Positions 1-11,590 of a stretch of 64,000 bases of DNA are shown here, one piece after another. The DNA lies in assembly GCA_951804945.1 (NCBI GenBank), contig OX638154.1, positions 32,178,001-32,242,000 of the forward strand, given 5' to 3'. Below the pieces are notes generated by a model, which did no database searches, was not told the origin of the DNA, and worked only from the letters and a program-made list of their open reading frames with translations. The number at the start of each line of letters is the position of its first letter. Position 1 is the stretch's first letter. Both the position numbers and the translations under genes were made by a program. The stretch is from Podarcis cretensis. Its lineage: Eukaryota.

Positions 1-939
1 TGACCTGAAAGAGCAGAAAATAGGTTTATTCCACTGACCACTTGCTCCACTTTTGTTTCAACCATTGTTTGTTTTTGTGAGGCGTTTGGTTGGTTGTGAG
101 GTCTATACTCACCACCAGCTGGAGATGGTGGTGGTGATAGGAGTTTATTTTAGGCTGCTGTGAAAGATACAATCTCATAAATGGCAGGTAGGCAGGAACT
201 TAATAGTACTGAGGCCTCCTAGCACATGAAAGTTTGTATAAGCTAACCAACCAACTGCATTGCTTAAGGACCAAAGTAGGGCTGTTGTTGTCATTATTTA
301 CTGAATTTATATCCAGTCCTCCCCTCCCCAAGGAGCCCAGGGAGGCAAACAGATGTACCACTTAAAAACAAAGCAAAAGCATTCTAAAAGCAATTGAAAA
401 CATTAATTCATCCAATGATCTTAAAGCAGTATTCTTCGGCCACCAAATGCCTGAGCAGGTTGATGCTGGCAGAGCCAGGTAGCTAAACCTGGACTTGCTG
501 CCCCGTTTTAGGGAGTAAACAGGGCAGGTTGTGAGGAGCGCAAAACCCTCACATTCCCTGCTGCTTTCTCCATTGCAACCTCTCTCAGCATCCCTTTCCC
601 CTCAGTCAGACTCTGATGCCTGGTGTGAGCCTGGCTGCAAAATAGATGCCGGAGAAAAGAGACTGCAGGGCAGGTATGCCACCTCCACATCTATGCCCTT
701 TGGTTCTCTAAACTGAACCACCTCCGCTACATGAGACACTTTCTGGATTTAAAACTTGCAATTCCATGCAGTGTGTACCTGGCTGTCTAGATTCTAGAAC
801 AATGGTGTTCCTTTGGGGGACAAGAAAGGCCATTCTCCATAATTGGCCACCAGTCCACAGCTAGTATCTAGCCTGCTACAATTACCTGACTACTTTGTGG
901 TAAAATAAAGTCAAACACGGTTGTAGAAGCATCTGTTTT

Positions 940-1254
940 CTGTGTGGTTTCCTCCCCCCTTTTTTTCTGTCACACCAACCATTTTTCCACTTGCGTCAAA
1001 AGGAAATTGAGCAGCTTGTGGGTTCTCGAGATTCGGCTCTTCTCAAGAACATGCAGTCAAACAACAAGAGCAGCACAAACTCACCGGCTGTTGGCTTAAG
1101 CTGTGCTTCAGGGAAGAAGGGCCAAGAGGATTCTGCTGCTTGGATTTTACTTGTGTACTTGTGTACAGAACAAGAGAACAGCCTGTTGCTTGGAAGACGT
1201 TGCAGCAAGAAATCCAGACTACTGAAGAGCACTGAATGCAGAGAATCTGGTCAG
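940..1254 (+). promoter_or_regulatory. Candidate SLA2 promoter and non-coding first exon
   Basis: RUNX TGTGGTT 943-949 overlapping ETS-like TTTCCT; NFAT-like TTTTCCA 983-989; CRE/AP-1-like TGCGTCA 992-998; AGGAAA 1001-1006; donor CAG|GTGCGT at 1254/1255. Motif evidence only. Confidence 0.3.
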
Positions 1255-2407
1255 GTGCGTTTATCTTTGGACACTGTTCATTAAAGGAATAGGTCTGGAT
1301 TTGTGTTGGTGCATCCCTATGTATTGAGTGATGCGACCCAGTGTTCTGACTCCTATCCAGAAACTATTACAGCCAGGGGAACTGGGGTTGGGCTCCACCC
1401 TACCAACTGTCCTCAAGGGTCCTGTTTTGCAAGAGAGCTTCTTTCTTCTTGTCGCATCATCATCCTGCTGTGATTTCTGAAGAGCCTGTGGCCATTTGGT
1501 GCTGGGATAGACAGGTGAGTGGTGCTCACAGTCGCATCACTGGGAGCAGAAGGAACTGTTAAGGAGCTAGAGACCATTATGCTTTTGAGAAATGGAACCA
1601 AGGGTTTGGCAGATTTTATGGTGATAGTAGTAGAAGACTGGTGGGGCAAAGAGGCCACTGTAGGTGAATAAATGCTTTGCTGAAGTGTGCTTCATTGTAG
1701 GATTAAGATAAGTAGGAGAATAGCGAAAGAGGAGCCTTGAATGTCCCTGGTACCAAGGTGGAAACCACAGAGGTGTGAAGAGTAACCATGAGGCTTAGTC
1801 TACTAACAAAAAAACAGCACTACAGGTTAACTTTAGGAAAGCCTTTTTTAATTGTTGGGGCAGATAGCTATGTTACTGGCCACCAGGGCTGAGATCCAGA
1901 ACTGATCTTTGTTGCCTGGTCATACTGAGTACGGACTTAAACTCTACTCAAATATTCTTTTATCAATAGGTAATCTGTTTAGCTTCCAAGCTGTGGGTGA
2001 GACGTAAGTTTCAAAGATAGTGGAGCCATCACTTCCAAACACAATTAACCAGTGTATATTGTAACCAGGTTAGAAATGGATGGTATCTTAACACTGCCAT
2101 CCTAGGCATTTGCTCTCAGCAGTACAGTCCAAACTGATTTGCAAAGTACTTGGGAGTACATCAAACTTATGGCTAAGGCTATAAGTTCCATCTTTTCAAA
2201 TGAGTGTGACATGTCCTAACTTGGCTGTGTTTTGTACTGCAGAGATTCCTCATTTGTTCTCCTCTACTGTAGGGTAGTCTTCACTGAAGAGTGTTAATCA
2301 CCCCCTACTGGGCAACTCAAGGCTGGATTAAAGTGGTTGGGGGTTCCTACACCAGTTTCCCAAATATGGCCCCCCTTATCCAAAAAATGAATGCACGAAG
2401 TAAGGAA

Positions 2408-2550
2408 ATACATAGAATCATAGAATTGTGTAGAGTTGGAAGGGATTCCAAAGGTCACCTAGTCGAGTGTCATGCCCTACTGACTGAGCTATCAGATACC
2501 TCAGATAAAGACTAAGCAATTTATTGTTGCATAAGCTTTCATGGACTACA
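2408..2550 (-). repeat. SINE/CR1 tail fragment plus Penelope-end fragment
   Basis: CATAGAATCATAGAAT..GAGTTGGAAGGG and ACTGAGCTATC; then GACTAA..TTTATTGTTGCATAAGCTTTC. Confidence 0.5.
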
Positions 2551-3401
2551 AAAACAACACCACAACACTCTGAGCAAGTGTAGTTTCATTTTTAAACTCG
2601 CTTCTTATGGTTTTTGCTCACTTTTGCCCACCAACTTACTTCACATGGCTAAAGATACAAGGCAAGGGAGGGCTCAGTGCTAGCATCCTAGACATCCAAT
2701 TTTGTTTCCTTTAACCAGGATGGTGTACCTTTGTACTATAAAGATCCATATTTTTCTTGGTACTGCAGTCTTGCAGAGTAGTACAACTCCAAGGCTTCAG
2801 TCCTTCTTAATCTAGCCTGACTATAATGCTTTACAGAGGCATAACTCCAGCTTGTTTTCACAGGCCAGGCCAGCTTACGTCCTCATGACCCCTCTGATTT
2901 TGAGTCTATTTCCAGGGTTAACTAATTCTTGCTTGGGCTATTAATGTTAACTTGCCTTGCGGACTCAAATCAATAACCAAACCAATGATGAAGCCAGTAA
3001 CTTCTTAAAGAGGCAGCAAATGGCTTTGCGGCTTCTTGCCTCTTTCCCTAACACAATGCAAGGACACTTCAAACACTTGGCAGATAACTGAGTTCAGAGC
3101 AAATGATGGATAATGGCTGATAGAAGAGGTGCTGAGCACAAGGTCCTTTGGAGCATGTGACTGAGTGGAGCCAAGGACAGAGGACTCCAAGCTGGGAACC
3201 TAGATCAGCATTTAGTTTTAGCATGTAGAAAAAGCTCTTATATCATTGGTGAGCAACTGAATGGAAGTTCAACAGGAGGCTGGATGCAACCTTGAAGTTG
3301 ATGCTGATGACCCTCTGTTTTCTCTCTTGTTAAAAGGTCTCTCTCAATACTGTGATTTTAGACCACTATTACTTAAATCTACCAGCTGACGGCAGACTGT
3401 G

Positions 3402-3510
3402 ATGGGAAGTTTGCCCAGCAGAAGGAAGCAGATTGCTACTCAGCCAAGCCCACAGTCCAACGTGCAGAACAGCCAGGCCCTTGGCCTCAGCCGTGGTGTC
3501 AGGCCACAAG
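3402..3510 (+). CDS. SLA2: SLA2 coding exon 1 (MGSLPS, N-myristoylation motif G2/S6)
   Basis: ATG 3402, donor CAAG|gtggga, phase 1. Not in the ORF track. Confidence 0.85.
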
Positions 3511-6500
3511 GTGGGAGGTTGTTCTGTGCTACCGATCCCTGGACATAGAAAGCTTAGGGTTGCATCCAATGCTAGTCCTGCTCGGGGTAGATCCACTGAA
3601 ATGAATGACCACTGCTAACTTGGGACCATCAGCACAGTGGAAGGTACCAGGTGGGGGAAGGATGATCCGGGACTAGGAGAATCAAAGTGGTGCCTTCTGG
3701 ATAGTCTCGGACTACAACTCCTACCACTGCTGACCATTGGTGATGTGTTGGCTAGGACTGATGGGAATTGGAAGTCCCAACCCTATATGGAAGGCACCAT
3801 GTTGGCTGCCACTACTAGTTTAAACACTTCTCAGCTTTGCTGGCTAACTAACTGGTGAAGCAGGAATGTCTTAATCAGGCAGGGGAAGGCAGCCAAGAGG
3901 GGGCAAAACAAACCTCCCTGGGGAGGGAGTCCCACAATCAATAAGCCTTTTGCGGTGCCCCAGTCACCAATGGGATGTCAAGAGAAGCCGCCTCTGTTTA
4001 TTTGAAGGTTTGCACAGCTTCTGTATGGGAAGCCTTTTAGATCATTTGTTGCCAGTACAGTGGCACCTCAGGTTAAGAACTTAATTCCTTCTGGAGGTCC
4101 GTTCTTAACCTGAAACTGTTCTTAACCTGAGGTGCCACTTTAGCTAATAGGACCTCCTGCCGCCGCCACCACACGATTTCTGTTCTCATCCTGAAGCAAA
4201 GTTCTTAACCAGAGGTACTATTTCTGGGTTAGCGGAGTCTGTAACCTGAAGTGTCTGTAACCCGAGGTACTACTGTACTTGGCTTATCATCAATGTTCTC
4301 TGGGCAGTTAACAAAGAAAGGCTAAAAACCCATAAAATCCAGTCAACTAGAGCTCTAAAAATTAACAGCACCCCCTGTACCAGCTAAATAAGCTAAGCCT
4401 AAGCTATTTAGGGCCTGAATTTAGGGCACTTTGAATTGTGTCTGGAAATGAACTAGAAGCCAGTGCAGCTGTTATAATAAGAGTGCACCCTGCTCCTAGG
4501 ACACCTGAGGTTTCCTGATACTCTTCAAGGGCAGTAGGAAAGCTCGTAGGAAAGCTCAAGGCATGGAAAGATTTTAAGTCGTTTGTTAACTATGTCTTTA
4601 TTAACTTGTAGGTGAGAGTACCCCTATAGCTGTTGCTGTGTGTAATTTCCCTTCTGGACATGCAGAGCCAATACTGTGGATGGGAGAGCAGCTGAATTTG
4701 CTATCTGAGTGAGTACTTGCACTGAGATGATGAATGACAGAATTCCCCCTACCCATCTTGAGACATAGGTGCGGAACAGGGGTGTCCTTGTGGAACTGGC
4801 CTGAACTCTGAGACTTTATGAAGTGTGATATGGCTAAGCTCTCTGTCGTTTGTGCTTAAGGCCCAGTTCCTTGGCTTCTACTTGAGTCTCCACAAAATAT
4901 ATAAAAGATAATTGAGAGCCAATGTGGTATAACAGAATTGGACTATGACTTGGGAGACCAGTGGTTGAATTCCCTGCTCATTGGGTGACCTTGGCCCAGT
5001 CAAAGTCCCTCAGCCTAGCCGATCTCACAGAGGTGTTGTAAGGAGAAATGGAAAGGGGAGAACCATGTAGACCACCTTTAGCTCATTGGAGAAAAAGGTG
5101 GTATACAAATGTAAGAAACAAGTCAGCCAGTCAAACTTAATTTTTAGAAACCACTTGTCACCACAGAAATACAAATAGTATATAAATACATTTTCGCATA
5201 GATGGTCTCCAGCACATGAGACCTCATGTTATATGATGAAATTTTGTGTGATCCATCTGGGCTGCTAAGGAAACTGAGAAACATTGGGTACTATCCAACT
5301 AAGGAATCCCCTGATCTCAAGGATTTCTGCTTGTGTGATGGGACTTCCCCTCCACTCCTTCCCCAGCCACACCCTCCCCATATCTGCTCCAGAGGGTTGG
5401 GGGAACCCCTAGAACAGTTAGGGGGCACGGGGGGAGGAGAGAGGGAGAATGTTCCATTGTATAAGCAGAAATCCTTACACCGACTGAACATTCTCGTAGT
5501 GCTATGTCGAATTTATCCCCATCTATCAACAAATAACAGATTTTCTCCCTGTTATTTAAAAAGGAAAGCTGCTGGAAACAGTATAAGCATTTTTGTCGCG
5601 GTAATGGCCAGCCCCTTTCCCTAGTTCTCAATTATGAATAGGGAAGATCTTCAAGGAAGAGGTCATTGGAAAGTCTTGATGCTCAATTTTACAATATGCT
5701 TTTCTTTTAACAGAGATGGTGAATGGTGGAAAGTGGAGTCAGTAACCACGGGCAAAGGCTGCTATGTTCCCAGCAACCATGTTGCCAAAATCTCTTACGG
5801 GTAGGAGTTTCTGCTTTCCTGTTTATGCTGCAGCAATATAAATGGTCTGGTTGGGAGTAATTTGGGCAGCAGTAGGGCAGTTCAGGATGTGTGCCCCCCC
5901 ACCCCAAGAGCTGCCTAAGAGTGCCTATCCCTGGAGGACCCAGTCTTAGCCTGCATGAGACAAGCGTTCTGGGCAGTAACAGTGGCGTGTTCTTCTCTTC
6001 CAGGTGGCTCTATGAGGGCATCAGCCGATCAAAGGCTGAGGAGCTGTTGCTGCTGCCTTCCAACAGTGAAGGTTATTTTCTGATCAGAGAGAGCCAAATG
6101 AAGAAAGGTATTGAGTCTCTTCAGAAATCTTCTGACTCGCTGGATTCTAGGGAACAAAGTGGGCTGAAGAGTGTGGCTCAGAAAGTTCAGAGGTGATGAT
6201 TTTATACTACTTTGTGGCCTGATGGTGTTCTCTCTCACATGCAGGTTGCTACTCTTTGTCTATCAGACACGCAAATCGTGCTTCCTGGGATTGCGTGAAA
6301 CACTATCGCATTAACTGCATGGAAAATGGCTGGCTGTACATCTCCCCTCGCCTCACCTTCTCGAGCTTGCAGGAGCTGGTGGAGTACTATTCTGGTAATT
6401 TTGTTTTCCCCTGCTTCTGGGTTGATAAAAGGGAGAGATTAAATTCTGTTTTGTTCCTGCTTGAGGCGGCCTCCAGTAGTTAGGACGCAGTCCTGGTGTC

Positions 6501-9159
6501 AGCACCTGGCATACTGGGCTGACACCTTGGGCCCTCTGGTGGCTGTATTCTCACAGCAGCCAGCCACTTCTTCCTGCACCTGCTCATGCCCTGCTACTGC
6601 AGCAGCAGCCCTTTACTCAGCCACCAGCTAAGCCTGTGCCAGTGTATGAGGGGGGAGGATGGCAGTCTCCCACCTTGTTGCTGTAGTGCAGGGGTCGGCA
6701 AGGTTTACCTTGCCTGGGCCAGTTCACTCCAGCGGAGATCCCTCCGTGGGCTGGATCGCGTGCGTGCCCACAATTTTTGGCGTCTGCACAGACTCGATTT
6801 TTGGCGCTACGAAAATGAGTCCCTACACCGTGCTTGTTTGGTGCAGCATGTGGGGACTCGCCGAGCGGGTGGCTCAGCGGCCAGTTAAATGACCCCCCCC
6901 ATGGGCCACTTGTGTCCCATGGGCCTTAGGTTGCTGACACCTGCTGTAGTGCGTAGGATCCTGTAGTGGGTTGGATACACTGGCTCCCTCGAGAAGGATG
7001 GCTGCAGCAGGTGAGCCCAAATGCCAGAGGGCACTGGGAGGCTCTATGGAGATCAGCCTGCCCAAGTCCTCCCCAAAACTGAAGTCAGGCCTTGACAAAT
7101 CCTCTTGCGTAAAAAGATGAGAGTTGTGCTAAAGCCCAGTGGGTAAGTAGGTGGACCAGTCCATATGTTATACCTGTGTAGGCAGTCATTTTGCACTAGC
7201 AAGTGAGGGATAGATGGATGTAGAGAATGAGAGGGCTCTTGATGAAAGAGGCATCTCTCATATCAGCAGGTTTGACCCAAGTGTAACATCTTTAGTTTCT
7301 GCCATAGAAGAGAATAGCTGCCATGCACTCCTGTCAGAAAAAACAAATGTGTGCTGAAAGAGGCATCATCAGGGCTCTATAAGCAGCAGCTATCAATGCA
7401 GGAAAAGCCTGTAGTATACGCTGCCCTAAGACTACCTTAAAAGAATTACCGTAACAGACTCCAGTCTATGATAACAGACTGACTCTGTTTGTGCACTTTG
7501 TACTGGGAATTACATTTCATGCACAAGAAACTCTGATTTTCTGGATGTTAACAGCCTACAAACTCTCATCATCCTTGACCATTAGCTATACTGCCTGGAG
7601 ATGATGGGAGTTAGAAGTTCAACCACTGGAGCAATACAAATTCCTCATACATGACTTTAACGGGTTGGATGGTTGCTCTTCACTCATGCGATTGTACACA
7701 CTGCCTGCTATTCCTCTGCTAAACTTCCTGGCTGGGCAGCAGACGGAAAAGAGGCTCATGTTGCTTCTGTAGAATGAGTGGGGAAGCTGAGCTTCCCCGG
7801 CCACGAGAAATCACACTTTGATACCCATCTTATTTTGTACTTTTTGCACTGCTCAACTTCATTCAGCACATGGGTTTCAATCCTATGCTTGGTGAAACTA
7901 GTTCTGGGTGGTGTGCAAGTGTGCTGCCACTCACACAAATTGCAGCCTGCTTCTTTGCCTTGGGGAACACAACAGGATGCCTTTTCCTTGCTCATGCTAA
8001 AGTGGTGGTGGTGGGCCCTCCAGTCGCTTCTATCTGACTCACAAGCTTGCTCTGCATCCTTCCAAGTACTTTGGCTTGGCTAGGATGTATCCTTGAATTG
8101 TGACCATGCCTTGAATGCCTGTGTGTGTGTAGAAACCTCCACCTTCTTTACATGCAAGTCAGTCTACTGCACAAAATTAGGAGCTGCATCTTTTGCTCTG
8201 GCATGCAACCTCCAAGATGCCCACAGGGGAATGTGGCCCTTGAGCTGGAAAAGGCTCCTCACCTCTTGTGCTGCCACCAACACACTGGTTTAAAATAGCA
8301 AGGTTGAAACAAGTATGTGGCGATCAGTGCAGTTTAGCTTTGTTTACTACTATGCGCTTGGTCTGGAATACCTAGTGGCTATGCATGGAAGGCCCAGATT
8401 AGGAGATTCTTTCCTCCTTTTGTTAACAGAAGTTGGAGATGGCTTATGTTGCTGCTTGAAGGAGCCGTGCTTCATCCAAGGCTCTACATTGTGGCAGAAG
8501 TCTAATCTTTCCCAACCAATGGTAGTAAAGAAGCCAGCTCTCAACTGGGAGGAGATCAGCAGGTACTTTATTATTATCCTCTTTTCTTCTAGCACAGAAC
8601 TCAGCACAGAGTTCCTAAGCAGTCTCTTTATCTGGGCTCTGGCTTGTATGAATTCATGTTGATGCACTATCAGCCTTCAAAACCATGTTCTGGTCGGGCA
8701 TCCTTCCTCTAAGGAGAAGACAGCAATCTTTGCAGACGGTCGCTGCTGTGATGATTCACTGGTTGCAGCAAGCATAAGACCATTTAATCTGTAGTGGGTA
8801 AATACTTCTGCTGCAAGAGAAGCATTTGGTTGCACTTGCTAATAGCAACAAGAGATAAAAGCAAGTTTCTGACAGTGGTATGATTGGGATAAGCAGTGGG
8901 GAAGTCTGCCTGCTTTTGTGTGGGAACAATCTACCAGAATGCTATAATGAGAACGTCTTTGCAAGAGAAGGATGTTTATCCTTCTGCTTCACAGCATATT
9001 TTAATATTTCAATGTTTTCTCCTGTCTAGCTCAGACTTGTTGGCAGAAAATCCGCTAGCAGAAGACTCGCCAATTAGCTTGGGCCTGAGGGAAGCTGTCA
9101 CTTCCTACCTGTTAATGACTGAAGACCTGCCGCCAGAGAACACTATCAGTGAAAAGTGA
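3402..9159 (+). CDS. SLA2: Src-like adaptor 2 (SLAP-2), complete spliced CDS, 269 aa
   Basis: join(3402-3510,4612-4708,5714-5800,6004-6107,6245-6394,8430-8562,9030-9159) = 810 nt, all introns GT..AG and in phase. Starts MGSLPSRRK; SH3 (AVAVCNFP..DGEWWKV..YVPSNHV); SH2 (WLYEGISRSKAEELL..GYFLIRES..VKHYRI); no kinase domain; tail SLGLREAVTSY. Confidence 0.95.
4058..4275. mobile_element. Tc1/mariner (pogo/Tigger-like) MITE, family A
   Basis: TA|CAGTGGCACCTC ... GAGGTACTACTG|TA; near-identical to 54813-55050. Confidence 0.88.
4612..4708 (+). CDS. SLA2: SLA2 coding exon 2 (SH3, first part)
   Basis: tgtag| ... GA|gtgagt; ESTPIAVAVCNFPSGHAEPILWMGEQLNLLS. Confidence 0.9.
4915..5115 (+). repeat. Old SINE (MIR/L2-tail type) fragment
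   Basis: GGGTGACCTTGGCCCAGTCA..CTCAGCCTA..CTCACAG core. Confidence 0.45.
5286..5520. repeat. Old palindromic MITE-like repeat (other copies near 25960-26160, 30150-30340, 31530-31650, 43370-43480, 61750-61990)
   Basis: Inverted pair 5321-5344 / 5451-5474; shared core ATCTGCTCC(A/G)GAGGGTT..AGA(A/G)CAG. Confidence 0.55.
5714..5800 (+). CDS. SLA2: SLA2 coding exon 3 (SH3, second part)
   Basis: aacag| ... GG|gtagga; DGEWWKVESVTTGKGCYVPSNHVAKISY. Confidence 0.92.
6004..6107 (+). CDS. SLA2: SLA2 coding exon 4 (SH2, first part)
   Basis: ttccag| ... AAG|gtattg; WLYEGISRSKAEELLLLPSNSEGYFLIRESQ. Confidence 0.93.
6245..6394 (+). CDS. SLA2: SLA2 coding exon 5 (SH2, second part)
   Basis: gcag| ... 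CTG|gtaatt; CYSLSIRH..VKHYRINCMENGWLYISPRLTFSSLQELVEYYS. Confidence 0.93.
6689..6943. mobile_element. hAT-type MITE in SLA2 intron
   Basis: TIRs CAGGGGTCGGCAA / TTGCTGACACCTG; perfect 8-bp TSD CTGTAGTG (6681-6688 and 6944-6951). Confidence 0.88.
8430..8562 (+). CDS. SLA2: SLA2 coding exon 6
   Basis: taacag| ... AG|gtactt; VGDGLCCCLKEPC..PMVVKKPALNWEEIS. Confidence 0.92.
9030..9159 (+). CDS. SLA2: SLA2 last coding exon
   Basis: gtctag| SDLLAENPLAEDSPISLGLREAVTSYLLMTEDLPPENTISEK, TGA at 9157-9159. Confidence 0.9.
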
Positions 9160-9309
9160 GAAAGATGCAAATAAGGCTACTGTTGGGAAGCACTTCTGGA
9201 ATGTGGAAGACAGGACTTCAGCACTGACCTCTTTCTACAGTTTTTAATGCTCTCTCACATTAATTTATCTACTTAATAATTATATTCTGTTGGTCTTCCA
9301 TCATGTGGA

Positions 9310-9359
9310 TCCCATTGCAACTACTGACCAAACCCAGACCTGCTCAGCTTCAGCAAGAT
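9310..9359 (-). repeat. 5S rRNA-derived fragment (SINE3-type head) in the SLA2 3' UTR
   Basis: Minus strand GAAGCTGAGCAGGTCTGGGTTTGGTCAGTAGTTGCAATGGGA versus 5S GAAGCTAAGCAGGGTCGGGCCTGGTTAGTACTTGGATGGGA. Confidence 0.55.
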
Positions 9360-9445
9360 AGCGGCCTCATGTAGTTACACACGGCCTTGATGGGCTTCAT
9401 TTACGAGGACTATACATATATGTATTTATAATAATATTTTTAAAT

Positions 9446-9451
9446 AATAAA
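9446..9451 (+). terminator. Probable SLA2 polyadenylation signal
   Basis: AATAAA about 290 nt after the stop codon, followed by a TG/T-rich tract. Confidence 0.6.
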
Positions 9452-9738
9452 GCTTGGCTGTGTATTTATGACTACTCCTATAAAGCCCTGCATTTCAGCA
9501 AAGTTCACTTCGCTCAACATCTGTAAAGGATATTTACATGGCAAAACAACAAGAACCGCAAGCCACTCAAACATCAGCAGATCACCACAACTGTTAAATC
9601 ACTCACCTTCATTGTTCACAATGGGAAAGATATAAAGCTGGTGTTGGCTACGTAACTAACTATTGTTGTGAACACTCCTGTAATACAAGCGCTATGCTAC
9701 TTTGAGACAACCAGGTGTCATTTAATGGTCACATAAGC

Positions 9739-9744
9739 TTTATT
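9739..9744 (-). terminator. Probable PHF20 polyadenylation signal (3' UTR about 1.7 kb)
   Basis: TTTATT on + is AATAAA on -, at the end of an AT-rich, repeat-poor stretch downstream of the stop codon. Confidence 0.55.
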
Positions 9745-11447
9745 CCAAATTATTACAGCAAAATAAGTTTATCTGCTGTACAGATGTTACACTCATATCA
9801 ATAAGTGCCAATAAATTGGAGACAAATTATTCCCTGAAATTAGTCTTGGCACAAAAGCCTTCGTTTCAACTCAGAATAGTATAATAATTCTTTCTGAAAA
9901 AATTAGCTGGTCAAAATGTTAACTGAAGTAATTGTTACTCCTATGACAAACATTGGCTAACTGAAATTTACATAATCAATTCTGCAGCATATAAACATTA
10001 CAGATTTATATCCATAATTATCAATTTGTCACTTAACAGGTCTTCAACTCACAAATGTGCTTTAATTTTAAAACTTTGGTGGTGTCAAAAACAACTGATA
10101 TCAAGGTAATAAAAAATCCAACATTCAGAACACCATCAATGAAAAATAGTCCATTCTTGTCCAGCTTGAAGTAACTTTTGTCCCAGGTGTTGTCCAACAC
10201 AAAAATCAATTATGGAAATATGATCTGCAGGCAAACCTTTTTAAAAAACATAACGAATACTTACAATACACCAATGTTTCCAAAAGGTACTGTATAATGT
10301 AGCTTCAACATAAGCAGCATTTTCACTTTGATCTCACAAATAATACAAATAAGGAAACTAAATAAAAGTACAAAAAGGGATTCTGAAACATACTGTTTTA
10401 ACATAATGCCCCCATGCTTTGGGGACAGTACCTCATGCATAGATCTTGAGGTTCCATTTACACAAATATAAAATAAACTGATTCCCAAAACCACACATTT
10501 ACAAGTCTCTACAATGAGAAAGTTTATAATATTGAAAAAGACTACTTTTCAAACTATAACCGGAATGGCAATTATTAACAGTAGGGTAGAAAACTACACC
10601 GTGTCCATCACAGACAAATCTGAATCTGTAGTACACCTTATATCTCACCGACCGCCCTGTCCCCTGCCATGAGGGTGTCTCGTCAGCACTAGGTCATGAG
10701 AGGCACAGCATGGCCAGATTTAGAAATTCAAGAATGTACAGAAGTACAACAAAAAAAGAGGGTTTCCCAGTACCTTAAGTCATGCTACAATGACATGATA
10801 AATACGGAAAACAATCATTTACTAAGAAAAGAAGTGCAACCAAGTTGTGACCTTCTACTACATCTATTCAAAATAGTAGACAAGTTTCAGGTCATAATCT
10901 GCAAACCTCTTGTAACAGTTTACAATTAAATTAGACATTCATACTTGCTAGGCTTAAAAATAACATCTTCTCTATTGATTAAATACTGTGGTTATGCATA
11001 AACCATTAGAAATAAAGTATGACTGTCTGGTGCACTAGTTATTTAAATAAACTATGCAGAATGTAATTTACAGCCTTGGTCAACTAATCATTTTTGGCTC
11101 TTAGAACTTTGTTCTCCAGTGGCACAATTTTGTCAGTGTATGTATGCAAAGAACATGAATGTTGAATTCAACAACTTGATACAAGGAGTGAAAAGTCTTA
11201 TTACCAGCCTGCTCCTAGCCTCTGAAGACAAGACTAAATCCCTTTCCATAATGTTAAAAATGCCTAGCAAAAGCCAAATGAACAAAAGGTAAGGGCAACC
11301 CCATCACTTTTCTGAAGAGTGACCCTTGTCCCTAAACAATTCCCTGAAGTCAGTTCTGCATCACATGCAACAAGCATGCTATTCCATTTAACAGAGAGTG
11401 ATCAATTCATGTGATGCGCTCCAGCCATCACGTAGAAGTCTCCAGTA

Positions 11448-11590
11448 TCATGTGGAACAGCAAAGTGCTATTTGTTGCACTTTGCCCAAGTCTGTGAGGA
11501 GTTGTTTTATACAATGTTTGAGTTGGGGGAGTCTAGCTAGTGGTTCTGGTGGCTCCAGCTCTCCAGTATAATCCAACCAGCTCTCCAAAA
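11448..11590 (-). CDS. PHF20: PHF20 last coding exon
   Basis: [46 protein letters not shown], then TGA. Confidence 0.95.

Noticed and set aside
3402-9159. Src-family kinase or SLA (SLAP-1)
   Set aside because: No kinase exons, and the MGSLPSRRK start and short tail match SLA2.
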